Numbered from the stretch's first letter, positions 50,500 through 59,962 are shown. The stretch: 64,000 nt of DNA from an uncultured Oscillospiraceae bacterium (GCA_910587835.1 CAJUNQ010000109.1:440-64439); one strand, 5' to 3'. Made by a program: numbers and translations. The notes: a model not told the origin generated them from the sequence alone.

Positions 50500-52146
50500 A
50501 TGTCAGGCGATTCACTCAGGAAAAACAAGATCATTGAGCTGGGCTTTACCGGCATGACCGCTGAGGGCTCGGCAGTGGGCCGCTATGAGGGAGAGGCGGT
50601 GTTTGTGCCCCTGGGGGCTCCTGGGGACCGGGCTCGGGTGCGGGTGGTAAAGGCTGCCAGGTCTCATGCCTTTGGCCGCCTGGAGGAACTGCTGGACCCG
50701 GCGCCCTGCCGGGTGGAGCCGGACTGTCCGGTCTACGCCCAGTGCGGGGGGTGCTGCTTCCGGCACATAAGCTATGAGGCGGAGCTGGCCGCAAAGGCGC
50801 AGCGGGTGAGGGACGCCCTGGAGCGGGTGGGGGGCTTTTCCGGCTTGAAAATGCGGGAGATTCTCCCTGCCCCTAGTCGGGAGGGCTACCGGAACAAGGC
50901 GTTGCTGCCCATTGGCCGGAGTGCGGACGGCCAGCCTATGCTGGGGTTTTACGCCAGGCATTCCCACCGCATTGTGCCCTGCGGTAGCTGCCGTCTGCAC
51001 CCCCCGGAGTTCACCCTGGCGGCGGAGGCGGTTCTCCGGTGGATCAAGGAGTCGGGGGAGAGTATTTATGACGAGAGCGCCCACACGGGGCGGCTGCGGC
51101 GGCTCTATTTGCGCAAGGCAGAGGCCACCGGTCAGGTGATGGTCTGCCTGGTGGTGAAGGGCGGAGCCCCCCGCTGTCAGCAGGAGCTGGTGGAGGCTTT
51201 GCGCCGTCAGGTGCCGGGGCTGGCGGGCGTGGCGCTCAACTTTAACAACGACAGGACCAACGTGGCCCTGGGGCCTCGCTGCCGCACGCTGTGGGGGCAG
51301 GGCTTGATCCGCGACCGGCTCTGCGGGCTGGAATTTGACGTATCGCCTCTGTCCTTTTATCAGGTGAACCGCACCCAGGCCGAGCGGCTGTATGGCATTG
51401 CGGCGGACTATGCCGGGCTGAAGGGCAGCGGCCTGCTGCTGGACCTGTACTGCGGCACAGGGACCATTGGGCTCTCTATGGCCAGGCAGGCGGAGCGGTT
51501 GATTGGGGTGGAGGTGGTGCCCCAGGCGGTGGAGGATGCTCGGGAGAACGCTCGGCGCAACCACATAGAAAACGCGGAATTTCTTTGCGGCGACGCGGCC
51601 CAGGCCAGTCAGGAGCTGGCCCGCCGGGGGTTGCGGCCCACGGTGATTACCCTGGACCCGCCCCGAAAGGGCTGCAGCCCGGAGCTGATTGAGACCGCCG
51701 CAGCCATGGCCCCCCAGCGGATTGTGTACATTTCCTGCGACCCCGCCACCCTGGCCAGGGATTTGAAGCACTTTGCTCAGGCTGGCTATGTTCCTCAGGA
51801 GGCTGCGCCGGTGGATATGTTCCCGGGGACGGGACATGTGGAGACGGTTGTTTGCTTAGGTAGGGAATTGGACCGGGCAAGTCGACATGTCTACCTGGAC
51901 TATGAGCCGTCTCCAGACACGAAGATTCCGCACAATCCGACATACCCGGAAATCAAGGCGTGGGTTATGGAGAACCACGGTCTGAAGGTGTCCAGTCTGT
52001 ATATCTCCCAGGTCAAGCGCAAGCACGGCCTACCGGTCGGCGAGAGTTATAACAAGCCGAAGACTGAGGGAGCGAAGGTCCCGCAATGCCCGCCCGAGAA
52101 AGAAGCCGCCATCGAGGCCGCGCTGAGACACTATGGGCTGATTTGA
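50500..52146 (+). CDS. rlmD: 23S rRNA m5U1939 methyltransferase with ~100-aa C-terminal extension
   Basis: TRAM domain, C..Y.QCGGC, SFYQVN, DLYCGTG, DPPRKG, YISC, DMFP.T.HVETV, then extra domain. Confidence 0.95.
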   Translation: MSGDSLRKNKIIELGFTGMTAEGSAVGRYEGEAVFVPLGAPGDRARVRVVKAARSHAFGRLEELLDPAPCRVEPDCPVYAQCGGCCFRHISYEAELAAKAQRVRDALERVGGFSGLKMREILPAPSREGYRNKALLPIGRSADGQPMLGFYARHSHRIVPCGSCRLHPPEFTLAAEAVLRWIKESGESIYDESAHTGRLRRLYLRKAEATGQVMVCLVVKGGAPRCQQELVEALRRQVPGLAGVALNFNNDRTNVALGPRCRTLWGQGLIRDRLCGLEFDVSPLSFYQVNRTQAERLYGIAADYAGLKGSGLLLDLYCGTGTIGLSMARQAERLIGVEVVPQAVEDARENARRNHIENAEFLCGDAAQASQELARRGLRPTVITLDPPRKGCSPELIETAAAMAPQRIVYISCDPATLARDLKHFAQAGYVPQEAAPVDMFPGTGHVETVVCLGRELDRASRHVYLDYEPSPDTKIPHNPTYPEIKAWVMENHGLKVSSLYISQVKRKHGLPVGESYNKPKTEGAKVPQCPPEKEAAIEAALRHYGLI

Positions 52147-52631
52147 AATTGACGCCGCAAGGCAACGCAAAATTTACCTGTCCGCCGCTCGTGCTGGACA
52201 GTACGGAACACGGGTCGCTCTCCTTTCCGGGGGACGGCCCGTGTTTCTCTTTCCAGGACGCCCGTAGAGGCCCCTGGGTGGTCGCAGGAGCCGCGTAGTG
52301 TCCAGGTGGTACCGAACATAGGCGAAGGCACGGCCGGTCCTCAGAGGGTCCGCAGGACGCCGGGACGAGCGTTCTCCTGGCCGTGCTCGCCATCGCACCG
52401 TCCTTAGCCAAGGCACCCGCCCCCGGCGGGTGCCGCCTGTTGGAATTGGCTACAATGCGTCTCGGGCGGCGGCAGCCGCCCGAACGCCACCGGCTTACAC
52501 GCTTGCGTTCCATCAGCCAAAAGCAGCGTTCCACATTTGTGACGGCGGCGCTGCAATCATCGCCCCGTCTTTATACACCCATCCTGAATCATCGGTGCCC
52601 CATCGGCGAATCATAGGCAAAACAGGCCATG

Positions 52632-53033
52632 TTTCCACCCTTATGTACTATGGGGTGTAAAAGGTGTAAAGGGTGTAAAACCTGAAACTCAGATGCAACA
52701 CTAAAACTCACCGTGAACGTCCTGGACGTTTATAAGCGCGCGGGAAAAAACTCTGGGCTTGTGTTTTTTCCGCGCGAAACATAAAAGGTGTAAACAGTGG
52801 AAACGGTGGACGGTTTTACACCCTTTCGACATATAAATGTCAGTCCAAAAGGGTGTAACACACTGTTTTGGAACGTATTTGAAAACACCTGTTTGGTTTT
52901 GGTACACGTCGTTTCGTCACACGGGTTTGCTCACCCGAATAGCCGTCCATAGACCTGTGCTTCCGAAATTTTTCTGATTGCCCTTGACTTTACACCCTTT
53001 TTGATATATTATGGATGTCGTAAAGGGTGTAAA
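52632..53033. repeat. iteron-like GGTGTAAA repeats, putative replication origin
   Basis: Direct copies at 52654, 52663, 52672, 52787, 52852 (variant), 53026; inverted at 52632 (variant), 52815, 52989; hairpins at 52716-52730 and 52737-52776. Confidence 0.75.
52984..53012 (+). promoter_or_regulatory. rep promoter overlapping an iteron
   Basis: TTGACT-17-TATTAT with TTTACACCC in the spacer. Confidence 0.6.
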
Positions 53034-53055
53034 ACCGGTGAAAGGATGTACGGAC

Positions 53056-55398
53056 ATGGGATACAGCACGAAGAACAGCGCGAAGCATGAGCGGAAGCAG
53101 GGGATTGCCGCCATGCAGGCGATGCTGGATGATCCGAATTTTGACGCCCAGGCTGCCATGAATCTGATCCAGATCAACAAAGACGCTTTCGGCAAGCTGG
53201 ACGATCTGCCTGCCGTTAAGTTTTGCGAGTGTATGGCTGATATGAGGGCAAATTATCCGGATATTTATCCGGTTTTCTGGTGGTGGCGCCACGCTGAGGA
53301 GAAGGCCGGACGCCGGAAAGAAGAGGATGGCGATGATCCCGATGAGCGCCGCCACAGAACCTTCATGATCACGCAGTTCCTCCGGGCACCTTTCTCCGAT
53401 GAGTGGGAGGATGACCGGAAGACGTTGAAGCCTGGCGTAGACCCGTGGATCACGGAAGAGCAGATAGCCCGGGGGCTGGATCATAAGACCATTAAGCGTT
53501 GGGCATGGGTCTGGCACGATAGGGACATCTATACGGAAGAAGATGAGATCGCGGATCGTGACGGCCGGGTCAAGGCTGGTGAGATGAAGTTCAAGCACGC
53601 TCATATCATGGTCGAGATTCCCTCTAAGCTCCCCGTTTCGACGGTTGCCCGTTGGTTCGGGGTGCCGGATAATCAGGTGACGATCATGCGTGGCCGCGGC
53701 GCTTTTCTGGATGGTGTTGAGTATCTGGTTCACGAGTCTCCCCGCGCTGTGCAGCAATTTAAGACCCATTACAACGATGATGAGGTCCATGCTTCGAGCG
53801 GCTTCGATTTCCGGCGGGAAGTGGCCGATCTTCAGGCCCACCGGGCTAAGTACGGCAAGCGGGCCGGCGATATGACGCCCGCCGACACCATGCGGATGCA
53901 CGTGATGCACGATGGCTGGAACATGAAGATGTGCCGGGACGATGATCCGCTCACTTACGCGAAGATCAGGAGTTCGCTGCCTCCGCTGCGCCTGGACTAC
54001 CTGTTGGATGCTGAGCCGTGCCCTTTCCGCATGAACATCTATGTGGACGGCCCCGGCGGTATCGGCAAGTCTTCGTTTTGCGAGTATATCGCGCAGTCGA
54101 TGTTCCAGGGAGTGGATGATCCCTATTTTACCATCGGGAACGATGAGCGCGTGACTTTTGACGGTTATGATGGACAGCCCGCCATTATCTGGGATGACGT
54201 CCGTGTGACGGATTTCATCCGCCAGTTCGGCTCAAACGGCGCGTTCCGGATTCTGGACCCCCACCCGAAGAAAATCGCCCAACAGGCCAAGCACAGCCGC
54301 TTGATCCTGACGAATGTAGTGAATATCATTAACGGCGTACAGCCTTATAAAGAGTTCATCGCCGGTCTTGCCGGTACTTACACTGATCGTGACGGTGTCC
54401 AGCATAAAGCAGAGGACGAGAACCAGGCCTGGAGGCGCTTCCCGATGATCCTGTGCGTCCGGACTGACGATTTTACGGTGCTGGTCAACCAGGGCTTCGT
54501 AGATGACGATCTCTCATCTGTGCAAACGATGCAGATGTACGCCAATGTGCGCGGCAGTTTGAAATCCATGATGCAGAAGCTGGAGGGCTCGGCCAAGGAG
54601 CAGGCATTACTGACGTTCGGCGAGCCTGTACTATCTGCCAGGAGGATGATTGAGGCATCTCATGACAAGAAGATCTCAGACCCTGCCCAGATCCCGCCGG
54701 AGCTCATGCCGAAGATCGTCTATTGCGCAGATAGCATGGAGGATGCTATTGTTGATGGACATGCCCGTGTGTATTTTCAGATGTTTGATCTGCTCAACAA
54801 GCAGAATGCCAGATATGAGGAGAGCCGGTTTGACACACTTGTAGAGTTCGCTTGCTGGTTCTGGTCATCTGAGGCTGGCGGCTTTGCCCGTTATCTGAGC
54901 GAACACCCTGATGATTATGAAGATTTTGCTTCTGAAATCGCCTTTGCGCAGGATGATGACAGATTGCAGAAGGCTATTGAGGATTGCATACCCTATTTCA
55001 CTTATAATCCGTGGTTCGATAGGATTGATTATCAGGTTGAGGATAATCACTTGATCCAAACAGGCCATCATAGGTACAGCGGTATTGAGATGCTTAACAC
55101 GTACACATTAGATACCCTTTTAGAAGCCGTTTATCTTGCATGGGAGGGCGATTTTGGCGAATTTCCCCGGTATAGGGGCCATAAGATATGCCCTATGTGC
55201 CGGATATTTGTTTCGCCTGACATGAAATACTGCGGCCAGTGCGGAAGAGAACTGCCCGATGTGAACTTTTTTGAGGACATAGAGCATGATCTCGCCCGGT
55301 ATCAGCTTGCTACTGAGCGTAATTGCGATGTGAATGATGTTCCTGGTGAGGACGTGGAGGCCAGGATCCCTGATATTGATAAGTACGCTGACTATTGA
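53056..55398 (+). CDS. rolling-circle Rep: HUH endonuclease + SF3 helicase + C-terminal zinc-ribbon region
   Basis: FMITQ (motif I), KHAHIM (II), YLVH (III); GPGGIGKS, FDGYDGQ, IIWDD; CPMC...CGQC. Confidence 0.85.
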   Translation: MGYSTKNSAKHERKQGIAAMQAMLDDPNFDAQAAMNLIQINKDAFGKLDDLPAVKFCECMADMRANYPDIYPVFWWWRHAEEKAGRRKEEDGDDPDERRHRTFMITQFLRAPFSDEWEDDRKTLKPGVDPWITEEQIARGLDHKTIKRWAWVWHDRDIYTEEDEIADRDGRVKAGEMKFKHAHIMVEIPSKLPVSTVARWFGVPDNQVTIMRGRGAFLDGVEYLVHESPRAVQQFKTHYNDDEVHASSGFDFRREVADLQAHRAKYGKRAGDMTPADTMRMHVMHDGWNMKMCRDDDPLTYAKIRSSLPPLRLDYLLDAEPCPFRMNIYVDGPGGIGKSSFCEYIAQSMFQGVDDPYFTIGNDERVTFDGYDGQPAIIWDDVRVTDFIRQFGSNGAFRILDPHPKKIAQQAKHSRLILTNVVNIINGVQPYKEFIAGLAGTYTDRDGVQHKAEDENQAWRRFPMILCVRTDDFTVLVNQGFVDDDLSSVQTMQMYANVRGSLKSMMQKLEGSAKEQALLTFGEPVLSARRMIEASHDKKISDPAQIPPELMPKIVYCADSMEDAIVDGHARVYFQMFDLLNKQNARYEESRFDTLVEFACWFWSSEAGGFARYLSEHPDDYEDFASEIAFAQDDDRLQKAIEDCIPYFTYNPWFDRIDYQVEDNHLIQTGHHRYSGIEMLNTYTLDTLLEAVYLAWEGDFGEFPRYRGHKICPMCRIFVSPDMKYCGQCGRELPDVNFFEDIEHDLARYQLATERNCDVNDVPGEDVEARIPDIDKYADY

Positions 55399-55401
55399 CT
55401 T

Positions 55402-55430
55402 TTGACGTATAGAAGTATATACTCTATAAT
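55402..55430 (+). promoter_or_regulatory. sigma-A promoter of par operon with internal palindrome
   Basis: TTGACG-17-TATAAT; AGTATATACT palindrome in spacer. Confidence 0.7.
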
Positions 55431-55464
55431 GTAAATACTTCAGTTACGCGGGAGGTGTTATGAC

Positions 55465-56046
55465 ATGAAGACGATTTTAGTCGCCAACAGCAAGGGCGGC
55501 GTAGGCAAGACAACGATTGCATCTGAGCTGGCCTACGCCGCGCAGAACTCCGGGCTGAAGTTCGACTACTACGACTTGGACAGGCAGGGCGGCTCCAGCT
55601 TCGAGGACCGGCAGAACCCCGATTCAACCGTTGCTATCGTGGATACGCCCGGCGCGCTGACGGAGGACCTGGGCAAGTACATGCAGGCATCGGACCTGAT
55701 TGTTGTGCCAACACGCATGAGCTACCGGGACCAGCAGCCGCTGGAATTGATGGTCAAGACGGTCAGGGACGTGGGCCTCCCCGCGATCTATGTCCTCTCC
55801 CAGTGGAATCGGTACAGGGTCTGTGCTGACTTCCTGGAATGGTTCAAGTCCACATATCCGGATGAAGCTGTCATTGCGATGCCGCAGTCGGAGTTGTTTC
55901 CCCAGGCCGGGCTTGCGGGGTGTAGCGTCTGCCAGATGAAGCTGGACAGCTTCCCCGCCCAGCAGGTCAACCAGTTGATTGGGATGGTCGAGCAGCGGCT
56001 CCATGTGGGTCTACGTCTGTGGGGAAAGGAGGATCGGCATGGCTAA
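55465..56046 (+). CDS. parA: short plasmid-type ParA ATPase (type Ib)
   Basis: KGGVGKTT, DLDRQG, IVDTPG; 193 aa, no N-terminal HTH. Confidence 0.9.
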   Translation: MKTILVANSKGGVGKTTIASELAYAAQNSGLKFDYYDLDRQGGSSFEDRQNPDSTVAIVDTPGALTEDLGKYMQASDLIVVPTRMSYRDQQPLELMVKTVRDVGLPAIYVLSQWNRYRVCADFLEWFKSTYPDEAVIAMPQSELFPQAGLAGCSVCQMKLDSFPAQQVNQLIGMVEQRLHVGLRLWGKEDRHG

Positions 56047-56299
56047 GAAGGACAGTAATCTGTTTTCGGCAACCGCCAGCAAGCGGCAGGCCGAGCAGGA
56101 GGCCCTGAAGCAAGGGCTGGCCCAGGATGCGGCTGCGGGGACAGAACCGGCGGACGACAGCGCGGACGAGGCCCGCGTGAAGTTGACCCTGGCGCTCTCC
56201 GCCGGGGACAAGTTCAAACTGAAGACCGCCGCCGCGAAGCGAGGTATCACCGTGGCGAAGCTGGTCCACGAGTGGATTTCGGAACTTGATGTCGATTGA
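56039..56299 (+). CDS. ParG-like ribbon-helix-helix partner
   Basis: 86 aa, overlaps parA; flexible N-terminus then VKLTLAL...KLKTAAAKRGITVAKLVHEWI. Confidence 0.7.
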   Translation: MAKKDSNLFSATASKRQAEQEALKQGLAQDAAAGTEPADDSADEARVKLTLALSAGDKFKLKTAAAKRGITVAKLVHEWISELDVD

Positions 56300-56540
56300 T
56301 ACTCATCTCCTTTGCTGGAGGCACGAATTGAAATCACGAATGGATCAAGATGTTGGACTGATTTACATCTATACAGTTTTGCGTCTTGCTGTTTTATGAG
56401 GAAGAAGGTTTTTTATCTCCTTCCTCTTTTTTTGATTGGGCAAACAATGGGAAGAACGTGGAGCACGGTGTTCCGTATATTTTTCTCTGTCTCTTTATGT
56501 CCTCCCTTGACCATTTATTTCAAAAAATGAAAATACGGGG

Positions 56541-56569
56541 TTGCATAATTTGCATTGACATATTATACT
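56541..56569 (+). promoter_or_regulatory. sigma-A promoter of MTase operon
   Basis: TTGCAT-17-TATACT, followed by AGGAGG RBS. Confidence 0.6.
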
Positions 56570-56591
56570 TAAAGGGTAGGAGGTGGTGAAT

Positions 56592-57920
56592 GTGAACACT
56601 GGATTGATGACGGTAGCTCAAACGGCTGCTTATATGAAGCTTTCCGAGAAGACGATCCGCCGAATGATTAAGCACGGTCAGTTGCCTGCTTCTCGTGTAG
56701 GTGATCGTTCTTTGCGGATTCGCCCTGATGATGTGGAGCGTTACGTTAGTGATACCTCTATTTCTCGTATGGATCAGATTCACATGGAATGCGCAGATGA
56801 GGCACCTGCTGATACTAATGCGGCTCTTTTAGCCGTCCCCGTTCTTGCTGATGTTCTGGCTGCTGCTGCAAACGGCCCTCGGATGGTTACGATGTTCACC
56901 GGTTGCGGTGGTTTGGATCTTGGTTTTGCTGAAGCTGGTTTCCACATTGTTTGGGGTAATGACTTCGATGCTGATGCTCAGGCCGTCCATGCGCTTAATC
57001 TTGGCCCTGTAGATGGTCGGAATATTATGGATGTTGGCGAGGACGAGATTCCTGATTGCGATATTTTGACGGCTGGATTCCCATGTCAGCCCTTCTCTAA
57101 CGCTGGGAACCGGCGCGGGGTTCATGATTCCCGTGGTATGCTTTACAAGGAGTGTCTGCGGATTATTGCCAAAAAGATGCCTAAAGTGATCGTTTTTGAG
57201 AATGTCAAGGGGTTGCTTTCCACGAAGTATATAGATGGTCGTAACTTGGCCGAAGTCATTGTGGAGGACCTTTCCACAATGAATGGTCTCGGCTATAATG
57301 TGACGTATCAGCTTGTGAACGCCGCTGACTACAATGTGCCGCAGAATAGGCAGCGAGTCTTGTTCGTGGGTGTCCGAAAGGATCTGGGAATCACGTTCAT
57401 ATTCCCCGAGAAGCATAGCCGAGATGGCCTTACTTTACGTAACGTACTGACTGTCCCCGCCGGTGCGCAGGCCCATGTCGATTGGCCTTTCTCCCCGCAG
57501 GCGCTTGATATGGTCGCCTATATTCCGGAGGGTGGATCCTGGAAGGATGTTCCATATGCCCACTTGGCTCCTCGGTTTCAGAGAATTAGGGACGACATGA
57601 AGAAATACCATTCACCGAATTTCTACCGCCGGTTTTCTCGTGACGAGATCTGCGGAACCATGACAGCCTCTGCCCAGCCTGAGAACTGCGGTATCATCCA
57701 TCCCACTGAGGACCGCCGGTTTACCGTCAGGGAGGTTGCTCGTATTCAGACGTTCCCGGATAGGTTCCAGTTCATTACGGATACGCCGAAGAACATAACT
57801 GCTATGTATAAGGTCATTGGGAACGCGGTGCCCGTCAATCTTGCCCGTAACATAGCCGAAGCCATCATGACGCAGGTTTTTGAGCCTGCTGAAGGAGGTG
57901 CTGAGTACAATGGACACTGA
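56592..57920 (+). CDS. DNA cytosine-C5 methyltransferase with N-terminal excisionase-like HTH
   Basis: LMTV.Q.A.Y..LSEKTIRRMI..GQLPA.RVG HTH; FTGCGG, GFPCQPFS, ENVKG, QNRQR, RIQTFPD, IGNAVP; alternative GTG starts at 56583/56586. Confidence 0.95.
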   Translation: MNTGLMTVAQTAAYMKLSEKTIRRMIKHGQLPASRVGDRSLRIRPDDVERYVSDTSISRMDQIHMECADEAPADTNAALLAVPVLADVLAAAANGPRMVTMFTGCGGLDLGFAEAGFHIVWGNDFDADAQAVHALNLGPVDGRNIMDVGEDEIPDCDILTAGFPCQPFSNAGNRRGVHDSRGMLYKECLRIIAKKMPKVIVFENVKGLLSTKYIDGRNLAEVIVEDLSTMNGLGYNVTYQLVNAADYNVPQNRQRVLFVGVRKDLGITFIFPEKHSRDGLTLRNVLTVPAGAQAHVDWPFSPQALDMVAYIPEGGSWKDVPYAHLAPRFQRIRDDMKKYHSPNFYRRFSRDEICGTMTASAQPENCGIIHPTEDRRFTVREVARIQTFPDRFQFITDTPKNITAMYKVIGNAVPVNLARNIAEAIMTQVFEPAEGGAEYNGH

Positions 57921-59301
57921 TAAGGCGTATCTGTTGGGGCTTGTCATTGGGGGTGGTTTCTTCGGCAATGCTGAGGACGTGTTTCAGATCAAGCTTCCTT
58001 TCAAGAAGTGGGGATCTTACCAGGAGAACCCGCAACGCGGTAGTGCCATTGCTAATGACATCATCCGCAAGGTCGGGAACATGTTCCGGGCTATTTACGG
58101 TTTGAGTGTCCAGTATGAGACGCGACCCGGGGGCGACTGGATTATCTTGTGTGAAGGTGATACTTCCGCTCTGAAGGCCGATTTGGATCGGTATGGCATT
58201 GCTGCTGAGGGCGAGCTGCGCGGTACTGCTGATATTGGTCCTCTCATTGAGGATTTGGTGGACGATACCCTGAAGCGGCGGTTTGTCGCTGGTCTTGCTG
58301 ATACTATTGGCAGCATGACGAAATCCCATCGCCGCTTCTCTGACGAGCATCAGATCATTTCCTTCGAGATCAAGGGGTACAATTTTCAGTTCGTTTGCGA
58401 CCTGTGCCGCTTGTTGTATTCCATAAACTGTATTCCCGATCAGGTGAATTGGAACCATCCGAATATTCAATGCACGAACGATCCTTACTACCGTCAGTGG
58501 AACAAGGGCTTCAAGCTGCGAGTTCTCCTTGACCAGTATGCAGCGTTTGGCGCTTTCGCTTTCAGGACGAAAGCCGAGGCTTCAATGGAAAACAGACAGC
58601 TCCAGCGAGAGCACCATGAGGCTGAACCTTGTGAAGATAGACACTTTCATGTCACGCCGTCCACTGTCCATCCTGCCGAAGATGATGCGCGTCTGCCTGA
58701 TGAAATACGGGGTGGCCATTATATCCATTTCCGGCATTTCTGTGCTGTTCTTGGGTGTGAGCATGCCCCATATGACGAGGTAGCTTCTCATTTTTGTGAA
58801 CTGGGTAAGTTGGTCATACCGTTTGCTATTTTGAGTAAGGATTCGTTGCTTGAGATAGAGCGCCGGATCGCCGCTGATCCTCTAATGGCGAACCGTTCCT
58901 ATACCATCCATAATGTTCGCGTTGATTCGCTTATCATGGCTTTCGAGAACGATCAATACGCTCTTTTGTATGGGACATACTCTGGTTCCGGTTATCCTAT
59001 CGCGGAAATTCTGAAGGGTGTTGCTTACGTTATCGCTGATGACAGTGAGCTGAACGGGACCCGGCCGAAGGATGGCTATTTGACGTTGATCAAGCGACAT
59101 CTTGCGCAATCACCGAATATGACGGTGGAGCTCAGGCGTCCCGATCTGTTGACTCCTTTGGTATTGGTAGGCAATGGTCGTGGCGCAATGGTTGGAGCAA
59201 TGAACCCTGCGGTATATGAAAAGCTGGTGGAATTCGATCCCGACAATAGATATAAGATGATCGTCAGGAAGATCACCGAAGAGGATTTGGCAGATGCGTA
59301 A
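57910..59301 (+). CDS. hypothetical protein with two LAGLIDADG-like helices
   Basis: AYLLGLVIGGG and FVAGLADTIGS about 125 aa apart; GGAGG RBS; overlaps MTase stop. Confidence 0.65.
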   Translation: MDTDKAYLLGLVIGGGFFGNAEDVFQIKLPFKKWGSYQENPQRGSAIANDIIRKVGNMFRAIYGLSVQYETRPGGDWIILCEGDTSALKADLDRYGIAAEGELRGTADIGPLIEDLVDDTLKRRFVAGLADTIGSMTKSHRRFSDEHQIISFEIKGYNFQFVCDLCRLLYSINCIPDQVNWNHPNIQCTNDPYYRQWNKGFKLRVLLDQYAAFGAFAFRTKAEASMENRQLQREHHEAEPCEDRHFHVTPSTVHPAEDDARLPDEIRGGHYIHFRHFCAVLGCEHAPYDEVASHFCELGKLVIPFAILSKDSLLEIERRIAADPLMANRSYTIHNVRVDSLIMAFENDQYALLYGTYSGSGYPIAEILKGVAYVIADDSELNGTRPKDGYLTLIKRHLAQSPNMTVELRRPDLLTPLVLVGNGRGAMVGAMNPAVYEKLVEFDPDNRYKMIVRKITEEDLADA

Positions 59302-59872
59302 GGATCGGAATGAGGTGTCATACTATCCCGAGATACGGTCGTTTATTGAGCGGCAGCTGAAGAGCAACTTCATTGCCGCCAAACACAGGGACCTGGATGT
59401 TTACTGGGGCATTGGTGAGCTGAAGGCCAATCTCCGAAGAATCATAAATGCGCATCCTGAGAAGTGCGGCTGTGTAACGGGTTTTGCCAATCTTGTGCCG
59501 CCGCTGAATTTAGACATATTCGCTTTGGTGACGGACGGGACGAAGTTCGAATTACTTATCCTCGAAGTGAAGTTGATGAATAGAGCTGGCCTGAAAGAAT
59601 GGTCCCAGCTTGTGGGGTATTGCCTTGTGTCCGGGGCCAGATATGGATTGTTGGTGAACATCAATAATGGCGCAAGCCCTCGCTTGGCCGATATACTTAG
59701 GACAGAGACTCATCTGTCCTATATCAGGACTTTGGTCGGGGGACAGGCGCTTGAGCATTGTCTTGGGTTCATGCAGTGGGATAGCCTGACGCAGGGTTTT
59801 GAGTATAGCAATCTCGGATTTATCAGGTCCCTGTCAGCATTGAGTCAGGAGGTTATCGCGAGGTTCGATTAA
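59294..59872 (+). CDS. small PD-(D/E)xK-like nuclease
   Basis: LDIFAL...LILEVK and QLVGY motifs; 8-bp overlap with upstream gene. Confidence 0.65.
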   Translation: MRKDRNEVSYYPEIRSFIERQLKSNFIAAKHRDLDVYWGIGELKANLRRIINAHPEKCGCVTGFANLVPPLNLDIFALVTDGTKFELLILEVKLMNRAGLKEWSQLVGYCLVSGARYGLLVNINNGASPRLADILRTETHLSYIRTLVGGQALEHCLGFMQWDSLTQGFEYSNLGFIRSLSALSQEVIARFD

Positions 59873-59962
59873 GCTATCTTGTACATCAGATTGTTTTTCT
59901 TTTCCATCGCCGTCAGTTTTGTTGGTTGTAGGTTTCGGACATCCGAAAGGAGCAGATACATC

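Noticed and set aside
56300..56540. Small hydrophobic ORFs or a type I toxin between parG and the MTase
   Set aside because: Only short inconsistent frames; cannot be supported
57910..59301. Intein or intron-encoded homing endonuclease
   Set aside because: Free-standing with its own RBS; no splicing motifs and no interrupted host gene
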